64,000 nucleotides of DNA from an uncultured delta proteobacterium (GCA_963739295.1 CAVTZS010000014.1:68878-132877), one strand, 5' to 3'. Positions 16,007 through 25,487 are shown, counted from the first letter of the stretch. Numbers and translations are program-made. The notes: generated by a model not told the origin, from the letters alone.

Positions 16007-16444
16007 TTAACCTAAGATGCGGAAGGTCTCCTGTTTCAAGCGTCGAATCTCTTCTTCCGCCTGGCGCAGTTGCTTCTGATGAATGGCGTGCCTGATCTTG
16101 CGCACCACTTCGTCCAAGCTGAGGGGCTTGAAGACAATATCGGTCTGTTCCAGGTACATTAAGTGCTGGGTCTGGACCCGCTGTTGCACCATGATCAGGA
16201 ATCGGGTGGTGGGGTAGCGACTGCGGACATCATCCAGAAGCCTGCGGTGTTCCGGCAATTTGAAGTCGGTGATCACGAGATCAAAAGCACTCTCCTTCAG
16301 GGCTTCCAGGGCCTCGGCCACGGAGGTCACCAGCTTGAATTCCTGGCCGACAAGTTTTATAACGGAGGAAAGGAATTCCCGGACCCAATCCTCCTGATCC
16401 ACCACCAGGATGCGCCCCCGGTAAGTTTTACCTTTGGCTATCAT
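16007..16444 (-). CDS. Single-domain response regulator (REC only)
   Basis: 145 aa. ILVVDQED, DLVITDFKLP and VFKPLS give the acidic pocket, phospho-Asp and Lys of a receiver domain, followed by a C-terminal coiled-coil tail. Confidence 0.8.
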   Translation of the reverse strand: MIAKGKTYRGRILVVDQEDWVREFLSSVIKLVGQEFKLVTSVAEALEALKESAFDLVITDFKLPEHRRLLDDVRSRYPTTRFLIMVQQRVQTQHLMYLEQTDIVFKPLSLDEVVRKIRHAIHQKQLRQAEEEIRRLKQETFRILG

Positions 16445-16534
16445 CCAGGAGTCTCCCTGAAGATATTTTCTTAATTTTTACTACGAAATTAATCATTCCG
16501 CAAGAGAGGTCAAGGATTTTCCAGGACCAGGCCT

Positions 16535-17890
16535 CTAGTCCGGGAGGACTATTTCCTCTTGGGGACGAATGCGGTTAAGGATTAAGCCGGTCATCACCTT
16601 GGGATAGAAGTAAGTGGATTTTCTGGGCATGATGAGGCCAGCCGAAGCCACCTCCTGCACCTGCTCGATGCGCGTCGGGTTAAGCAGGAAGGCCAGGGTA
16701 GCATCCCCTCGAGCCAGGGTAGCCAGGGCTTCACCGATCTTGTTGGTGTATTTGCAGGTATCCGGATCATCCTGAGCCTGGGCATCGAGCCCCAGGATCT
16801 TTTCGAAAATCAGATAGTTCAGCACCGATACATCCAATTGCGCCAGGGCCGGATGCATCTGGCGGGTCAAAAGAGGGCGCGTCCCGGGACGTAATTGCAG
16901 CCGCCAGGCCTTGAGCCCGAATCCCAATAAGATAAAAACCGTCTCCGAGGCCGGGACCGCATCCAGGGTCTGCTGCAGAAGTTCTCCGTAAGCAGGATGG
17001 TCTCTCCCGAGCGAGGGCAGCGGGGTAATTTCAAGGTAATCAGCCAGTCGCTCCAAGAGCCAGTGTTCTTCAAGTTGCTTGAGCCGCGGCCCGCCCAGCA
17101 GGCGGTGGGCCATCAGGATGACCAGGTTGGGGTCGAAAACATTGGAAAGATACATCAGCACATAATTGAAGGGGGCCCAGGGAGAGGCCTTGGGGTAAAG
17201 CTTCCGGAGAAACTTCTGATAAGCCAGGGCGGTCTCGTAGCGGTGGTGGCCATCAGCGATGAAGAGGGGCATGTCTGCCAGGGTCTGATGCACCGCCCTC
17301 AGGGTGTCCGGGTCAGTCACCAGGGAAATCCGCTGGAAACTGCCTTCCAAGTCCTTGAAGGCCATCAGGGGTTCCGGCAACCGGCTGGCCTGGAGGTTGC
17401 TTATCACTCTTCCTTCAGGATCGGGAAACAGGGAAAAAATGGGGGAAAAATGGGCCTGGGCATGTTTTAGCAACTCCAGGCGATCGGCCTTGATGGCGGA
17501 AAAGGTCTGCTCATGAGGCCGGATGACTCCCCCGCTCAAGGGCTCCAGATGGACCAGAGCTGCCAAGCCGATGCGGGTCCAGGTCCTGCCGGCGTGCTGG
17601 AATTCGGTTTCCCAATAGTAGAAAGTGGGCTCGGGATCCTGTACCAACACCTCCTCCCGTTGCCATTGGTGGAAGAGGGCGGCGGCCCGGGTATAGCGGT
17701 TGTGGAGCAGGTTGTCCCCCGGTTGGGGTTGGGGGAGGATCAGATGGACCATATTATAAGGATGCCGGACGGCCAAGGCCTCACGCTCCGGGGGTTGAAT
17801 CACATCGTAAGGAGGTGTGACCACATCTTCCAGGTGCGGCACTTTGGCGGGATTATAGTGGAGCCCCCTGAAGGGGGCGACTTGGGCCAC
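16535..17890 (-). CDS. DUF1015 family protein
   Basis: N-terminal APFRGLHYNP, ADGHHRYETA and a C-terminal FYPK pattern. Start moved to the GTG at 17890, which has ggggagga 8 nt upstream. The track ORF begins at 17944. Confidence 0.7.
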   Translation of the reverse strand: MAQVAPFRGLHYNPAKVPHLEDVVTPPYDVIQPPEREALAVRHPYNMVHLILPQPQPGDNLLHNRYTRAAALFHQWQREEVLVQDPEPTFYYWETEFQHAGRTWTRIGLAALVHLEPLSGGVIRPHEQTFSAIKADRLELLKHAQAHFSPIFSLFPDPEGRVISNLQASRLPEPLMAFKDLEGSFQRISLVTDPDTLRAVHQTLADMPLFIADGHHRYETALAYQKFLRKLYPKASPWAPFNYVLMYLSNVFDPNLVILMAHRLLGGPRLKQLEEHWLLERLADYLEITPLPSLGRDHPAYGELLQQTLDAVPASETVFILLGFGLKAWRLQLRPGTRPLLTRQMHPALAQLDVSVLNYLIFEKILGLDAQAQDDPDTCKYTNKIGEALATLARGDATLAFLLNPTRIEQVQEVASAGLIMPRKSTYFYPKVMTGLILNRIRPQEEIVLPD

Positions 17891-18020
17891 CGCAGTTGAT
17901 CCTCCCCAAGGGTTGACTAACGGGTTCAATTTATCACCTATCACCCCGGCGTCAATAGGAAAGGGCAGATTTCCTGCTCCTCCCCCAGGGGCAACCCCTT
18001 AAAGGAGCACTAAAAAATTC

Positions 18021-18049
18021 TTGACCGCACGAAATTCACAAGTTATAAA
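18021..18049 (+). promoter_or_regulatory. Sigma70-like promoter (TTGACC - 17 nt - TATAAA)
   Basis: ttgacc at 18021-18026, a 17-nt spacer, and tataaa at 18044-18049. It lies about 260 nt upstream of speH. Confidence 0.5.
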
Positions 18050-18310
18050 TCTCCGAATAAACTTTTTTTGTAAAGGATTGGGCTATGCGGATGACCCCTT
18101 CCCCGAGGGGAGGGGGTTATCAGGTTTCGGGAAAAAAAAGTGGGGCAGCGCTCCCTTCCTCGTGCTCTCCGAAACGGTTGCCGGGGCCCAAACCTTATTC
18201 GCCCTGGAAGCCAGCAGAGCTCAGGGCCCGCGTCGGCAAGCGGCGCAAGCGGTTTAACTTGCCGGGCCTTCCCCGGTGATGCCTAAACCTAGTGCGAGGA
18301 GGAAGGAACT

Positions 18311-18748
18311 TTGAAAAAACCAGCGCTTGGCTTCGGATTGCATCTAACCCTGGACGGCTATGGATGCAACCAGGACCAACTAGCCGACCTGGAGGCCATA
18401 TACGAGTTCCTGGAGCGTTGCCCAGATCTGATTCATATGACCAAGATCATGCCCCCCTATGTTTTTAAATATCACGGCAAGGTGCCGGAGGATTGGGGGG
18501 TGTCAGGGTTCGTGCTTATTGCCGAGAGTCATATCAGCATCCACACCTTTCCGGAGCGAGGTTACCTCAGCCTGGACATCTTCTCCTGCAAAGACTTTGA
18601 TTACACCCAAGCGGTGGCCTACGTCACCGAGGTCTTCGGTATTGCTCGCCATGAGCTCAATCTCTTAGATCGGGGCCTGGAATTCCCACGGGAAGCGAGG
18701 AAGGTGGAGCACTTCTTGCGGCAGGAGCGGAAACAGCTGCGAGGCTGA
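18311..18748 (+). CDS. speH: S-adenosylmethionine decarboxylase proenzyme (pyruvoyl, small bacterial/archaeal type)
   Basis: 145 aa with a TTG start after gaggagg. LIAESHISIHTFPERGYLSLDIFSC contains the E-S self-cleavage site. Confidence 0.85.
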   Translation: MKKPALGFGLHLTLDGYGCNQDQLADLEAIYEFLERCPDLIHMTKIMPPYVFKYHGKVPEDWGVSGFVLIAESHISIHTFPERGYLSLDIFSCKDFDYTQAVAYVTEVFGIARHELNLLDRGLEFPREARKVEHFLRQERKQLRG

Positions 18749-18749
18749 A

Positions 18750-19607
18750 ATGGACGAGGCCGAGAGTCCCCGACCCGGCTTCTTTACGCGTCTTCGGCAG
18801 CGCTGGTCCACCCGCCGGACCATCCAGCAGCCCGAAGATCTCGAGCGCGAAATCCAGACCATCATCGATGTCGGGGAAGAACGCGGCCTCATCAGCCGGC
18901 AAGAAGGGGAGTTGATCGAGAGTATCTTTGAATTCAAAGATACTCTGGTCCGGGAAGTCATGGTACCCCGCCTGGAGATGGTGGGGGTGGAGATCCACAC
19001 TCCCCTGAGAGAGATCATCTCCCTGGTCCTGGAGAGGGGCCATTCCCGCTATCCGGTCTATGAAGGGGACATAGATCACATCAAAGGCATCCTCCTGGCC
19101 AAAGACCTCCTGGTATTCTGGCAGACCCCGGAAGAGACCTGGGATCCGGCCCGGCTCTTGCGCCCCCCTTACTTCATTCCTGAAAGCAAAAAGATCAGCG
19201 ACCTCTTGCGGGACTTCGTGGAACGCAAGGCCCCCATCGCCATCGTCATCGATGAATACGGCGGCACCGCCGGTCTCATCACCCTGGAAGACATCCTGGA
19301 AGAGATCGTGGGGGAGATCTATGACGAGTACGACCGCATGGAGCCCCGCTTGATTCCCCAGGAAGACGGCTCCGTCCTGGTGGATGCCCGCCTGGATGTG
19401 GAGGTGCTGATGGATCACTTCAGCCTGCCCCGTCCGGAAGGCAAGTTCGAATCCGTGGGGGGCCTGTTGATTCACCTGCTGGGCCGGGTGCCCCAGGTCA
19501 ACGACCGGGTGGTGGTGGAAAATTTGGAACTGACGGTGCTGGCCGCGGACGAACGCCGGGCCAAACAGGTGCTGGCCCGGACCCTACCTCTTATGGCTGA
19601 GGAGTGA
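18750..19607 (+). CDS. corC: CBS-pair / CorC_HlyC transporter-associated domain protein (CorC/YbeX-like)
   Basis: 285 aa. Two CBS repeats plus a C-terminal CorC_HlyC domain. The ATG is 1 nt after the speH stop. It lies upstream of lnt, as in ybeX-lnt loci. Confidence 0.85.
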   Translation: MDEAESPRPGFFTRLRQRWSTRRTIQQPEDLEREIQTIIDVGEERGLISRQEGELIESIFEFKDTLVREVMVPRLEMVGVEIHTPLREIISLVLERGHSRYPVYEGDIDHIKGILLAKDLLVFWQTPEETWDPARLLRPPYFIPESKKISDLLRDFVERKAPIAIVIDEYGGTAGLITLEDILEEIVGEIYDEYDRMEPRLIPQEDGSVLVDARLDVEVLMDHFSLPRPEGKFESVGGLLIHLLGRVPQVNDRVVVENLELTVLAADERRAKQVLARTLPLMAEE

Positions 19608-19613
19608 TATTTT

Positions 19614-19862
19614 TGGGGGAGGGGGCTAAGGGCCGCACGCCCACTTACAATCCTCCCCCAAACCCCCACCCCCAATCCCTTAAGTTCAGATTTGGGTTGG
19701 GGAGGTCGGGGCCAAAGGCCCCGACCTCCCCAACCAACTTGAGCGGGTGGGGAGGGGGGCGAGGGGGGAGGGCAGGGACCTGAGGGTCCTGGCCCTCCCC
19801 CCTCACATCTGATAAGATTCGAGGTAGGGGCAGGGGCCGCAGGCTCCTGCCCCTACCTCGAA
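19614..19862. repeat. Complete G-rich mosaic element (inverted relative to 9607-9794) plus an extra hairpin
   Basis: Fills the corC-lnt gap. Order: A module, arm acccccacccccaatcccttaagtt, central hairpin ttggggaggtcggggcc-aaa-ggccccgacctccccaa, arm, B hairpin gggcagggacctgagggtcctggccc, then cgaggtaggggcagg..cctgcccctacctcg. Confidence 0.9.
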
Positions 19863-19878
19863 AATCTTGTGGATCTTT

Positions 19879-21402
19879 ATGAGCATGCGCTTTTCACATC
19901 TCGTTGCCGCGGTGCTTTCCGGGCTTCTCCTGGCCGCCGCGTTTCCCAAGTGGGACTATAACTATCTGTTGCCGGTGGCCCTCATACCCCTGTTCTGGGC
20001 CTTGAAAGGCCGGTCTTTAAAGGCGGCCTTCGGGCTGGGGCTGGTCTCCGGCCTGGCCTATTTTATGGGACTGCTTTACTGGATCGTCTATGTCACGTAT
20101 GTCTACGGCCACCTGCCCCTACCGTTAGGGCTGGGGGTGCTCTTCTTACTGGCCGGCTACCTAAGCCTCTATCGGGGCGTGTGGGCGTTGGGGCTCAACT
20201 GGGGCGCGGCCCGGGGCCTCAGCCCCCTGTGGTGGGCCCCCGCCCTCTGGGTGGTTCTGGAGTTGGGCCAGACTTACATCATTACCGGCTTCCCCTGGGA
20301 GCTCCTGGGCAATGGCCTCTACCGCTACCCCCTCCTGCTCCAGATCACGGACCTGACCGGCGTTTACGGCCTGTCCTTCCTGGTGGTGCTGGTCAATGTG
20401 AGCCTCTATCTAATATTTCAGCCCTTCCGGGGCCGGGCCTACTACTTTCGCCATGTGCCATTGGTCTGCCTCATCCTCCTGGCCTGGGGGGGCTATGGTT
20501 ACTATCGCCTGGGAGTCCTTCAGGAGCAGGCGGCCCAGAGCCCCAAGCTCAAGGTGGCGGTGGTCCAGGGCAATATTAAACAGGGGGAAAAATGGGACCC
20601 GAAAATGGTGCAGGCCACCCTGGAGCGCTATGGCGAATTGACCCGAAGAGTTAACGGCGCCCGGCTCATCATCTGGCCGGAGACCGCCGCGCCTTTCTTT
20701 TTCTTGCGCACCCCGCAGCTTACGGCCCAGGTCCAGGAGATCGCCAAGGCCAGCGGGGGCTATCTCCTGTTCGGCGCCCCGGCCTGGGAACTCACCTTCC
20801 AGGGGGAACAATTTTTCAACCGGGCCTACCTGCTCACCCCCCAGGGGGAGGTGGCGGGTTTTTACGACAAGGCCCACCTGGTGCCTTATGGGGAATATGT
20901 GCCCCTGAAAAGGTTTTTTCCGTTTATCCACAAGATGGTGGCCATGGTGGGGGACTTTGCCGAAGGGCCGGTGGGCGGGGTGGTGTCCCTGCCGGAAGGG
21001 GCGGTGGGGCCGCTCATCTGCTTTGAGTCCATCTTCCCGTATCTCAGCCGGGCCCAGGTGGAAAACGGGGCCCGGCTTTTGGTCAACCTCACCAACGACG
21101 CCTGGTACGGCACCACCAGCGCCCCTTACCAGTCCCTGGCCATGGCGGTGGTGCGGGCCGTGGAAAACCACGTCTGCCAGGCCCGGGCCGCCAACACCGG
21201 GATCAGCGCCTTCATCGGCGCGGATGGGAAAATCCTCTGGCAGTCCGGCCTCTTTGTCCCGGCCGCGGAGGCCCTGGAGCTTCCCTTGATCCCAGGCGGC
21301 AGCCTCTACACCCGCTATGGGGATGTCTTCGCCTGGGCCTGCGTCATTCTTTCAGGCCTGGGCTTGATCTTTTCCCGGCGCCGGCTGGGGCCGAGAAGTT
21401 GA
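19879..21402 (+). CDS. lnt: Apolipoprotein N-acyltransferase
   Basis: Polytopic N-terminus plus a CN-hydrolase domain (IIWPETA, LICFESIFP, NLTNDAWYG). Start set at the first ATG (19879). Confidence 0.9.
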   Translation: MSMRFSHLVAAVLSGLLLAAAFPKWDYNYLLPVALIPLFWALKGRSLKAAFGLGLVSGLAYFMGLLYWIVYVTYVYGHLPLPLGLGVLFLLAGYLSLYRGVWALGLNWGAARGLSPLWWAPALWVVLELGQTYIITGFPWELLGNGLYRYPLLLQITDLTGVYGLSFLVVLVNVSLYLIFQPFRGRAYYFRHVPLVCLILLAWGGYGYYRLGVLQEQAAQSPKLKVAVVQGNIKQGEKWDPKMVQATLERYGELTRRVNGARLIIWPETAAPFFFLRTPQLTAQVQEIAKASGGYLLFGAPAWELTFQGEQFFNRAYLLTPQGEVAGFYDKAHLVPYGEYVPLKRFFPFIHKMVAMVGDFAEGPVGGVVSLPEGAVGPLICFESIFPYLSRAQVENGARLLVNLTNDAWYGTTSAPYQSLAMAVVRAVENHVCQARAANTGISAFIGADGKILWQSGLFVPAAEALELPLIPGGSLYTRYGDVFAWACVILSGLGLIFSRRRLGPRS

Positions 21403-21405
21403 ATA

Positions 21406-21598
21406 TGTGGGGGGAGGGCCAGGGAGCTGAGCTCCCTGCCCTCCCCCCACACCCCCCTCCCAACCCGCGTAAGTTTTAGCCGGGGAAGGCGAGGCCTCTG
21501 GACTCGCCTTCCCCGGCTAAAAGGCTAAAAACTTATGGGATTGGGGGAGGGGGCATAGGGGAGGGGGTAAGGGCCTACGGCCCTTAGCCCCCTCCTCC
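21406..21598. repeat. Complete G-rich mosaic element (same order as 9607-9794)
   Basis: Fills the lnt-era gap. The first ~70 nt are near-identical to 9607-9676, except for paired stem changes (gggaGctgagCtccc vs gggaCctgagGtccc). The central hairpin has a different sequence (ttagccggggaaggcgag..ctcgccttccccggctaa). Confidence 0.9.
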
Positions 21599-21614
21599 AT
21601 AACCATTCACCATT

Positions 21615-22511
21615 ATGCCACTTCAAGAGTTTAAATGCGGCTACATCGCCCTCATCGGCGTCCCCAATGTGGGGAAGTCCACCCTGCTGAACCGGCTGGT
21701 GGGGGAAAAGCTCTCCATCACCTCCCCCAAACCCCAGACCACCCGCCATCGCCTCCTGGGCATTGTGAACCTGCCGGAGGCCCAGTTGTTGTTCCTGGAT
21801 ACTCCGGGAATCCTGGAACCCAAGGGGCCCCTGAATGTGACCCTGGTGCAGGCCGCCCTCACCGCCCTGGCCGAGGCCGACCTGGTGGTGTGGCTGGTGG
21901 AGCCTAGGGCCCCGGACCCCCAGGATCAGGTGCTGCTGCCGCCTTTGCGCGCCCTCGCCCGGCCTTTGCTCGTGGCCCTTAATAAGATCGATCTGGTGCC
22001 CAAGCCCCGGCTCCTGCCACTGATGGAGGCTTATCACCAACTCTTTCCCGCCGCGCCCATCATTCCCATAAGCGCTATTTTAGGAGACGGCCTCCCTGAC
22101 CTCCTGCAGGAGATGGTTAAGCTCCTGCCCGCGGCTCCTCCTCTTTATCCGCCGGACCAGGGGACGGATGCCACCGAGCGTTTTCTGGTGGCGGAGCTCA
22201 TAAGGGAGCGCCTCCTGCATCACACCGGCGAAGAGATCCCCTACGCGGTAGCGGTGAAGGTCGAGGAGTTTGATGAAAGCCGGCGCCCCGACTTGGTGCG
22301 CATTCGGGCCATCATCTACGTGGAGCGGCAGTCCCAAAAGGGCATCGTCATCGGCAAGCACGGGCGTTTGCTCAAGACCATCGGCCAGGAGGCCCGGGGG
22401 GAGATCGAGGCGTTGCTTCAGGCCCACGTCTTCCTGGAACTCTGGGTCAAGGTGTGGAAGAACTGGCGCCGGGACCCCAAGGCCATCCGCACCCTGGGCT
22501 ACCAGGGTTAG
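21615..22511 (+). CDS. era: GTPase Era
   Basis: 298 aa. Contains GVPNVGKSTLLN, DTPG, NKID and a C-terminal KH domain. Confidence 0.95.
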   Translation: MPLQEFKCGYIALIGVPNVGKSTLLNRLVGEKLSITSPKPQTTRHRLLGIVNLPEAQLLFLDTPGILEPKGPLNVTLVQAALTALAEADLVVWLVEPRAPDPQDQVLLPPLRALARPLLVALNKIDLVPKPRLLPLMEAYHQLFPAAPIIPISAILGDGLPDLLQEMVKLLPAAPPLYPPDQGTDATERFLVAELIRERLLHHTGEEIPYAVAVKVEEFDESRRPDLVRIRAIIYVERQSQKGIVIGKHGRLLKTIGQEARGEIEALLQAHVFLELWVKVWKNWRRDPKAIRTLGYQG

Positions 22512-22515
22512 AAGT

Positions 22516-22637
22516 TTGGGGGAGGGGGCTAAGGGCCGGTGGGCCCTTACCCCCTCCCCCAAGCCCCCACCCCCAATCCCTTAAGTTTAATCTTAGGCCG
22601 GAGGCCCATTCGACCTCAGGTCCCTGGCCCTTCCCCC
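22516..22637. repeat. G-rich mosaic element (A module, arm, partial B)
   Basis: tgggggagggggctaagggcc-ggtg-ggcccttaccccctccccc, then cccaatcccttaagtt, then gacctcaggtccctggccc. Confidence 0.8.
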
Positions 22638-22716
22638 ACAATCACCAGCCCCCAAGGCGCTGCTGATTGACAATTCCCCCCAGAACGTCCAAAATAGAGA
22701 CAGAAAGGCGCACCTT

Positions 22717-23166
22717 ATGCTACGCCGCTGGGCCCAGGTCTTCTCCGGGGTGGTCACCCTTCTCCTGCTCTCCCCCAGGTTCAGCTTTGCCTTTCAGGAA
22801 TGGGGCCAGGAAGGTCTTTTCATCCACGAGGCCGCGCACCTTCTGTTCTTGGCGGCGATGCTCTATTTCATCTATGAGATGCGCCGGGAAGAGTTGCAGA
22901 GACTGCGCGGCTTTCGCTTCCTGATCTGGTCTTGCGCCCTGTTGGCCTGGTGGAATCTGGATGCCGTGGTGGGCCACCTTTCCGAATGGTTCCTCAGCAA
23001 TCCGGTAATCCTGGGCCAGGGCCTCTCCCGCCGGCTCCTGATGGACAGCCCCAACAATTGGCTTTTTTATATCACCAAAGTCGATCACTTTATCCTGCTG
23101 GTGCCGCCCTTCTATCTGCTCTATCGCGGCCTCAAGGCCTTCACTCGGGAAGGGGGGCCCGGCTAG
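22717..23166 (+). CDS. Hypothetical membrane protein, immediately upstream of a histidine kinase
   Basis: 149 aa with a signal-like N-terminus and several hydrophobic helices. Its stop is 2 nt before the kinase ATG. Confidence 0.5.
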   Translation: MLRRWAQVFSGVVTLLLLSPRFSFAFQEWGQEGLFIHEAAHLLFLAAMLYFIYEMRREELQRLRGFRFLIWSCALLAWWNLDAVVGHLSEWFLSNPVILGQGLSRRLLMDSPNNWLFYITKVDHFILLVPPFYLLYRGLKAFTREGGPG

Positions 23167-23168
23167 CG

Positions 23169-24308
23169 ATGCTCGCGCTGCCCTTGTTTCCCCTCCTGGT
23201 GGTCGAGCTGGTTTGCTCTGCCCTGGTCATCTTCTTTACCTTTCAGGCCCTCAGGATGGCCCGGCGCTTGCTCGCCCAGGATCCGGAAAACGCCCTCTGG
23301 CTCTTTCTGGACTGGCTTACCGTAACTTTCCTGATCTTTGCCTGCTTCCACCTGGTGGCCCATGTCTTGCGGGATAATCTCATCTTTGGTGAATATGTGC
23401 CCGTATGGGAGCCGATGCGCACCTTGAGCGGTGGCATCGACAGCATGATCTTCGTGGTGATCGCGGCCTTCACCCTGTTTTTCCATCGGATCCAGCGTGT
23501 CTACCACCGCATGGAGGTTAACCACCATCAACTGGAAGAGACCAGCCAGGAGATTCTGGCCCTCAACCGGGAGATGGAGTCCCTGGTGATGGAGCGCACC
23601 ATGTCGGAGATGGCCCTGGGCATGGCCCACGGCCTGCGCAACCCCCTCCATATCATCGGGGGCTTTTCTCACCGGTTGCTCCGGAAAACCGATCCGGAAG
23701 ATCCCTCCCGGGCGTGGGTGGCGGCCATCGCCGATGAAGCCCGGCGCATTGAGCACATGGTGGAGCGGTTTGAGACCCTGGCCCAAAGAAAGGTGTCGTT
23801 TTTTGCCCAAAAGGATCTCAACGATATCGTCCGGGGCACCCTGGAGCTCTTGCGGCCGGAATTGCGGGCCAAGGGTATCGTCCTGGTGACCGAACTGTAC
23901 TCCCAGCCTTTGGTGGGCCGCCTGAATGCCCATCTGCTGAAAGTGGCCCTGGCCCACCTGGTTCGTAACGCCATCGAAGCCACTGCCCCCAAGGGGAAAA
24001 TCCTGGTCCAGACTGGAGCGGAAAGGGATTATGCGGTTTTGGTGATCCAGGACACGGGCCGGGGCATGCCCCCGGACGTGGTGGATAAGGTCTTTGTCCC
24101 CTTCTACACCACCAAAATCGGGGGTACCGGCTTGGGCATGGTCTTCGTGCGCCAGATCGTGGATGAACACCGGGGGGTCATCGTCCTGGAGAGTCAGGTG
24201 GGCCGAGGCACCGTCGTGACCATCAGGATCCCCCTCCGCTTTGCCGAGCGGCCCGAGGTGGCCGGTGAGCCGGCAACCCCCGTGGCCGGGGCGGACGCCG
24301 CGCCGTAA
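23169..24308 (+). CDS. Membrane-embedded sensor histidine kinase (HisKA + HATPase_c), no adjacent response regulator
   Basis: Start trimmed to MLALPLF (ATG 23169). Has about 4 N-terminal TM helices, a coiled coil, H-box MAHGLRNPLH, N-box LVRNAIEA, and G-boxes DTGRGMP and GGTGLGM. Confidence 0.85.
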   Translation: MLALPLFPLLVVELVCSALVIFFTFQALRMARRLLAQDPENALWLFLDWLTVTFLIFACFHLVAHVLRDNLIFGEYVPVWEPMRTLSGGIDSMIFVVIAAFTLFFHRIQRVYHRMEVNHHQLEETSQEILALNREMESLVMERTMSEMALGMAHGLRNPLHIIGGFSHRLLRKTDPEDPSRAWVAAIADEARRIEHMVERFETLAQRKVSFFAQKDLNDIVRGTLELLRPELRAKGIVLVTELYSQPLVGRLNAHLLKVALAHLVRNAIEATAPKGKILVQTGAERDYAVLVIQDTGRGMPPDVVDKVFVPFYTTKIGGTGLGMVFVRQIVDEHRGVIVLESQVGRGTVVTIRIPLRFAERPEVAGEPATPVAGADAAP

Positions 24309-24319
24309 AACGCCTTTCC

Positions 24320-25210
24320 TTAACTTCTTCTCTCAGCCCGGGAGATCAGCCAGTAAATTAAGCCCAGGATCAGGATGCCGGCCAGGTAAAGGCTTTCCGC
24401 CTGGATGGATTCGTGGGCCAGGGAGGCCACCAGCACCTTGCGGATAAAGGCCACCAGGGCCACCCCCACGAACAGGGACAACTGGAAGGGGCCTCCCTGG
24501 AGCCGGTCCACCTCCGCGTCCAGAAGTTCGATCATCAGCCACAAGATGAGGAGCGAACCCAACGCGGCTATCAGCCCCCTTTCGGGACTGCCCCGGAAGA
24601 TCAGGCTGATGTCATGGGCCAGCACCACCAGCACTCCCAGGGACAGGGCAATGAGGCCCACCACCAGCAACATGTTGAGGCCGAAGGTGAAGCGGCGGGC
24701 AATGCGGATCAAGGCGTTATCCAGCTTGTAAGACAGGAAGATGCGCCGCACTTCCTCTTCATGATAGGTGCGGGCGATGACGTCTAAATTGAGGTCCAGA
24801 ACCTTCTCCACCGCCCGCATGGCCCCGGACTGCGTCCTGGGCTCCACTTCCGACTCGATGATTTTGTTGAGCTCCAGGCGGATAAAGTTCATCCCCACAT
24901 AGACGAAATGGGCCGACAGGCCGATGCGCACGTGGGCGTTGCCGATGCGCTGCAGGCGCTGGTGATAGCGGTCGTCATAAGGCCCCTGGAACAGGGCCAG
25001 CAGCCAGGCGTGGTGCATGGTCCGCAGCCGGGCCAGCCGCGCCTCGTCTTGCAAGTACTTGGCGGCATCCGGGAATTGCAGAAAGTAATTGTAGAAGTCG
25101 TTGACAATCCGGTGGGCATGAGGTTCGATAAAGGGCAACAGCCCCTTTAGGGTCTCAGTCTCCAACTCGGTGAATTGGTAATGATCCTTAATCTCCTGGA
25201 AGGTGCGCAT
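24320..25210 (-). CDS. Protoglobin / globin-coupled-sensor-type globin domain fused to a PsiE-like 4-TM domain
   Basis: The N-terminal ~150 aa carry LARLRTMHHAWLLALFQGPYDDRYHQRLQRIGNAHVRIGL, the sensor-globin signature that includes the proximal-His region. The C-terminal ~130 aa are hydrophobic with a PsiE-like pattern (LILWLMIELLDAEV..VALVAFIRKVLV). Confidence 0.6.
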   Translation of the reverse strand: MRTFQEIKDHYQFTELETETLKGLLPFIEPHAHRIVNDFYNYFLQFPDAAKYLQDEARLARLRTMHHAWLLALFQGPYDDRYHQRLQRIGNAHVRIGLSAHFVYVGMNFIRLELNKIIESEVEPRTQSGAMRAVEKVLDLNLDVIARTYHEEEVRRIFLSYKLDNALIRIARRFTFGLNMLLVVGLIALSLGVLVVLAHDISLIFRGSPERGLIAALGSLLILWLMIELLDAEVDRLQGGPFQLSLFVGVALVAFIRKVLVASLAHESIQAESLYLAGILILGLIYWLISRAERRS

Positions 25211-25487
25211 GGTTCCTGCTCCTGGGGAGAAGGTGGTTGGGGTGGGAGGCCGGGGCGCGCCGGACCCTCAGCAACGCCATTAATTCCGTCCTTTTCCTCC
25301 TCCCTATTTTTTCCTATCACGGTTTTTCTTCCCTATCATAGGTAATTGAGGAAGTAAATCGCGGTATCGCCAGTTTTTCCGTTTCTAAGGCCCGATAGGC
25401 CCTGCCCTGGGTGGATGGCGGAAAGGAAGGTTGTCACTTCCGGGACAAGCCGTTATAATGGCTGCGACTAGAACGGGAAGGAGACCT

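Noticed and set aside
18170-18200. SAM-I-like core on the minus strand (tgggccccggcaacc)
   Set aside because: Only the GGCAACC-like fragment is present. It lacks the intervening AUGA segment, the kink-turn and the P1 UCUUAUC/GAUAAGA pairing, and it lies on the strand opposite speH.
18021-18279. Track ORFs 18021..18257 and 18085..18279 as protein genes
   Set aside because: They have no RBS and overlap each other, a promoter and repeat-like hairpins. Their products are low in complexity. I treated the region as a 5' leader instead.
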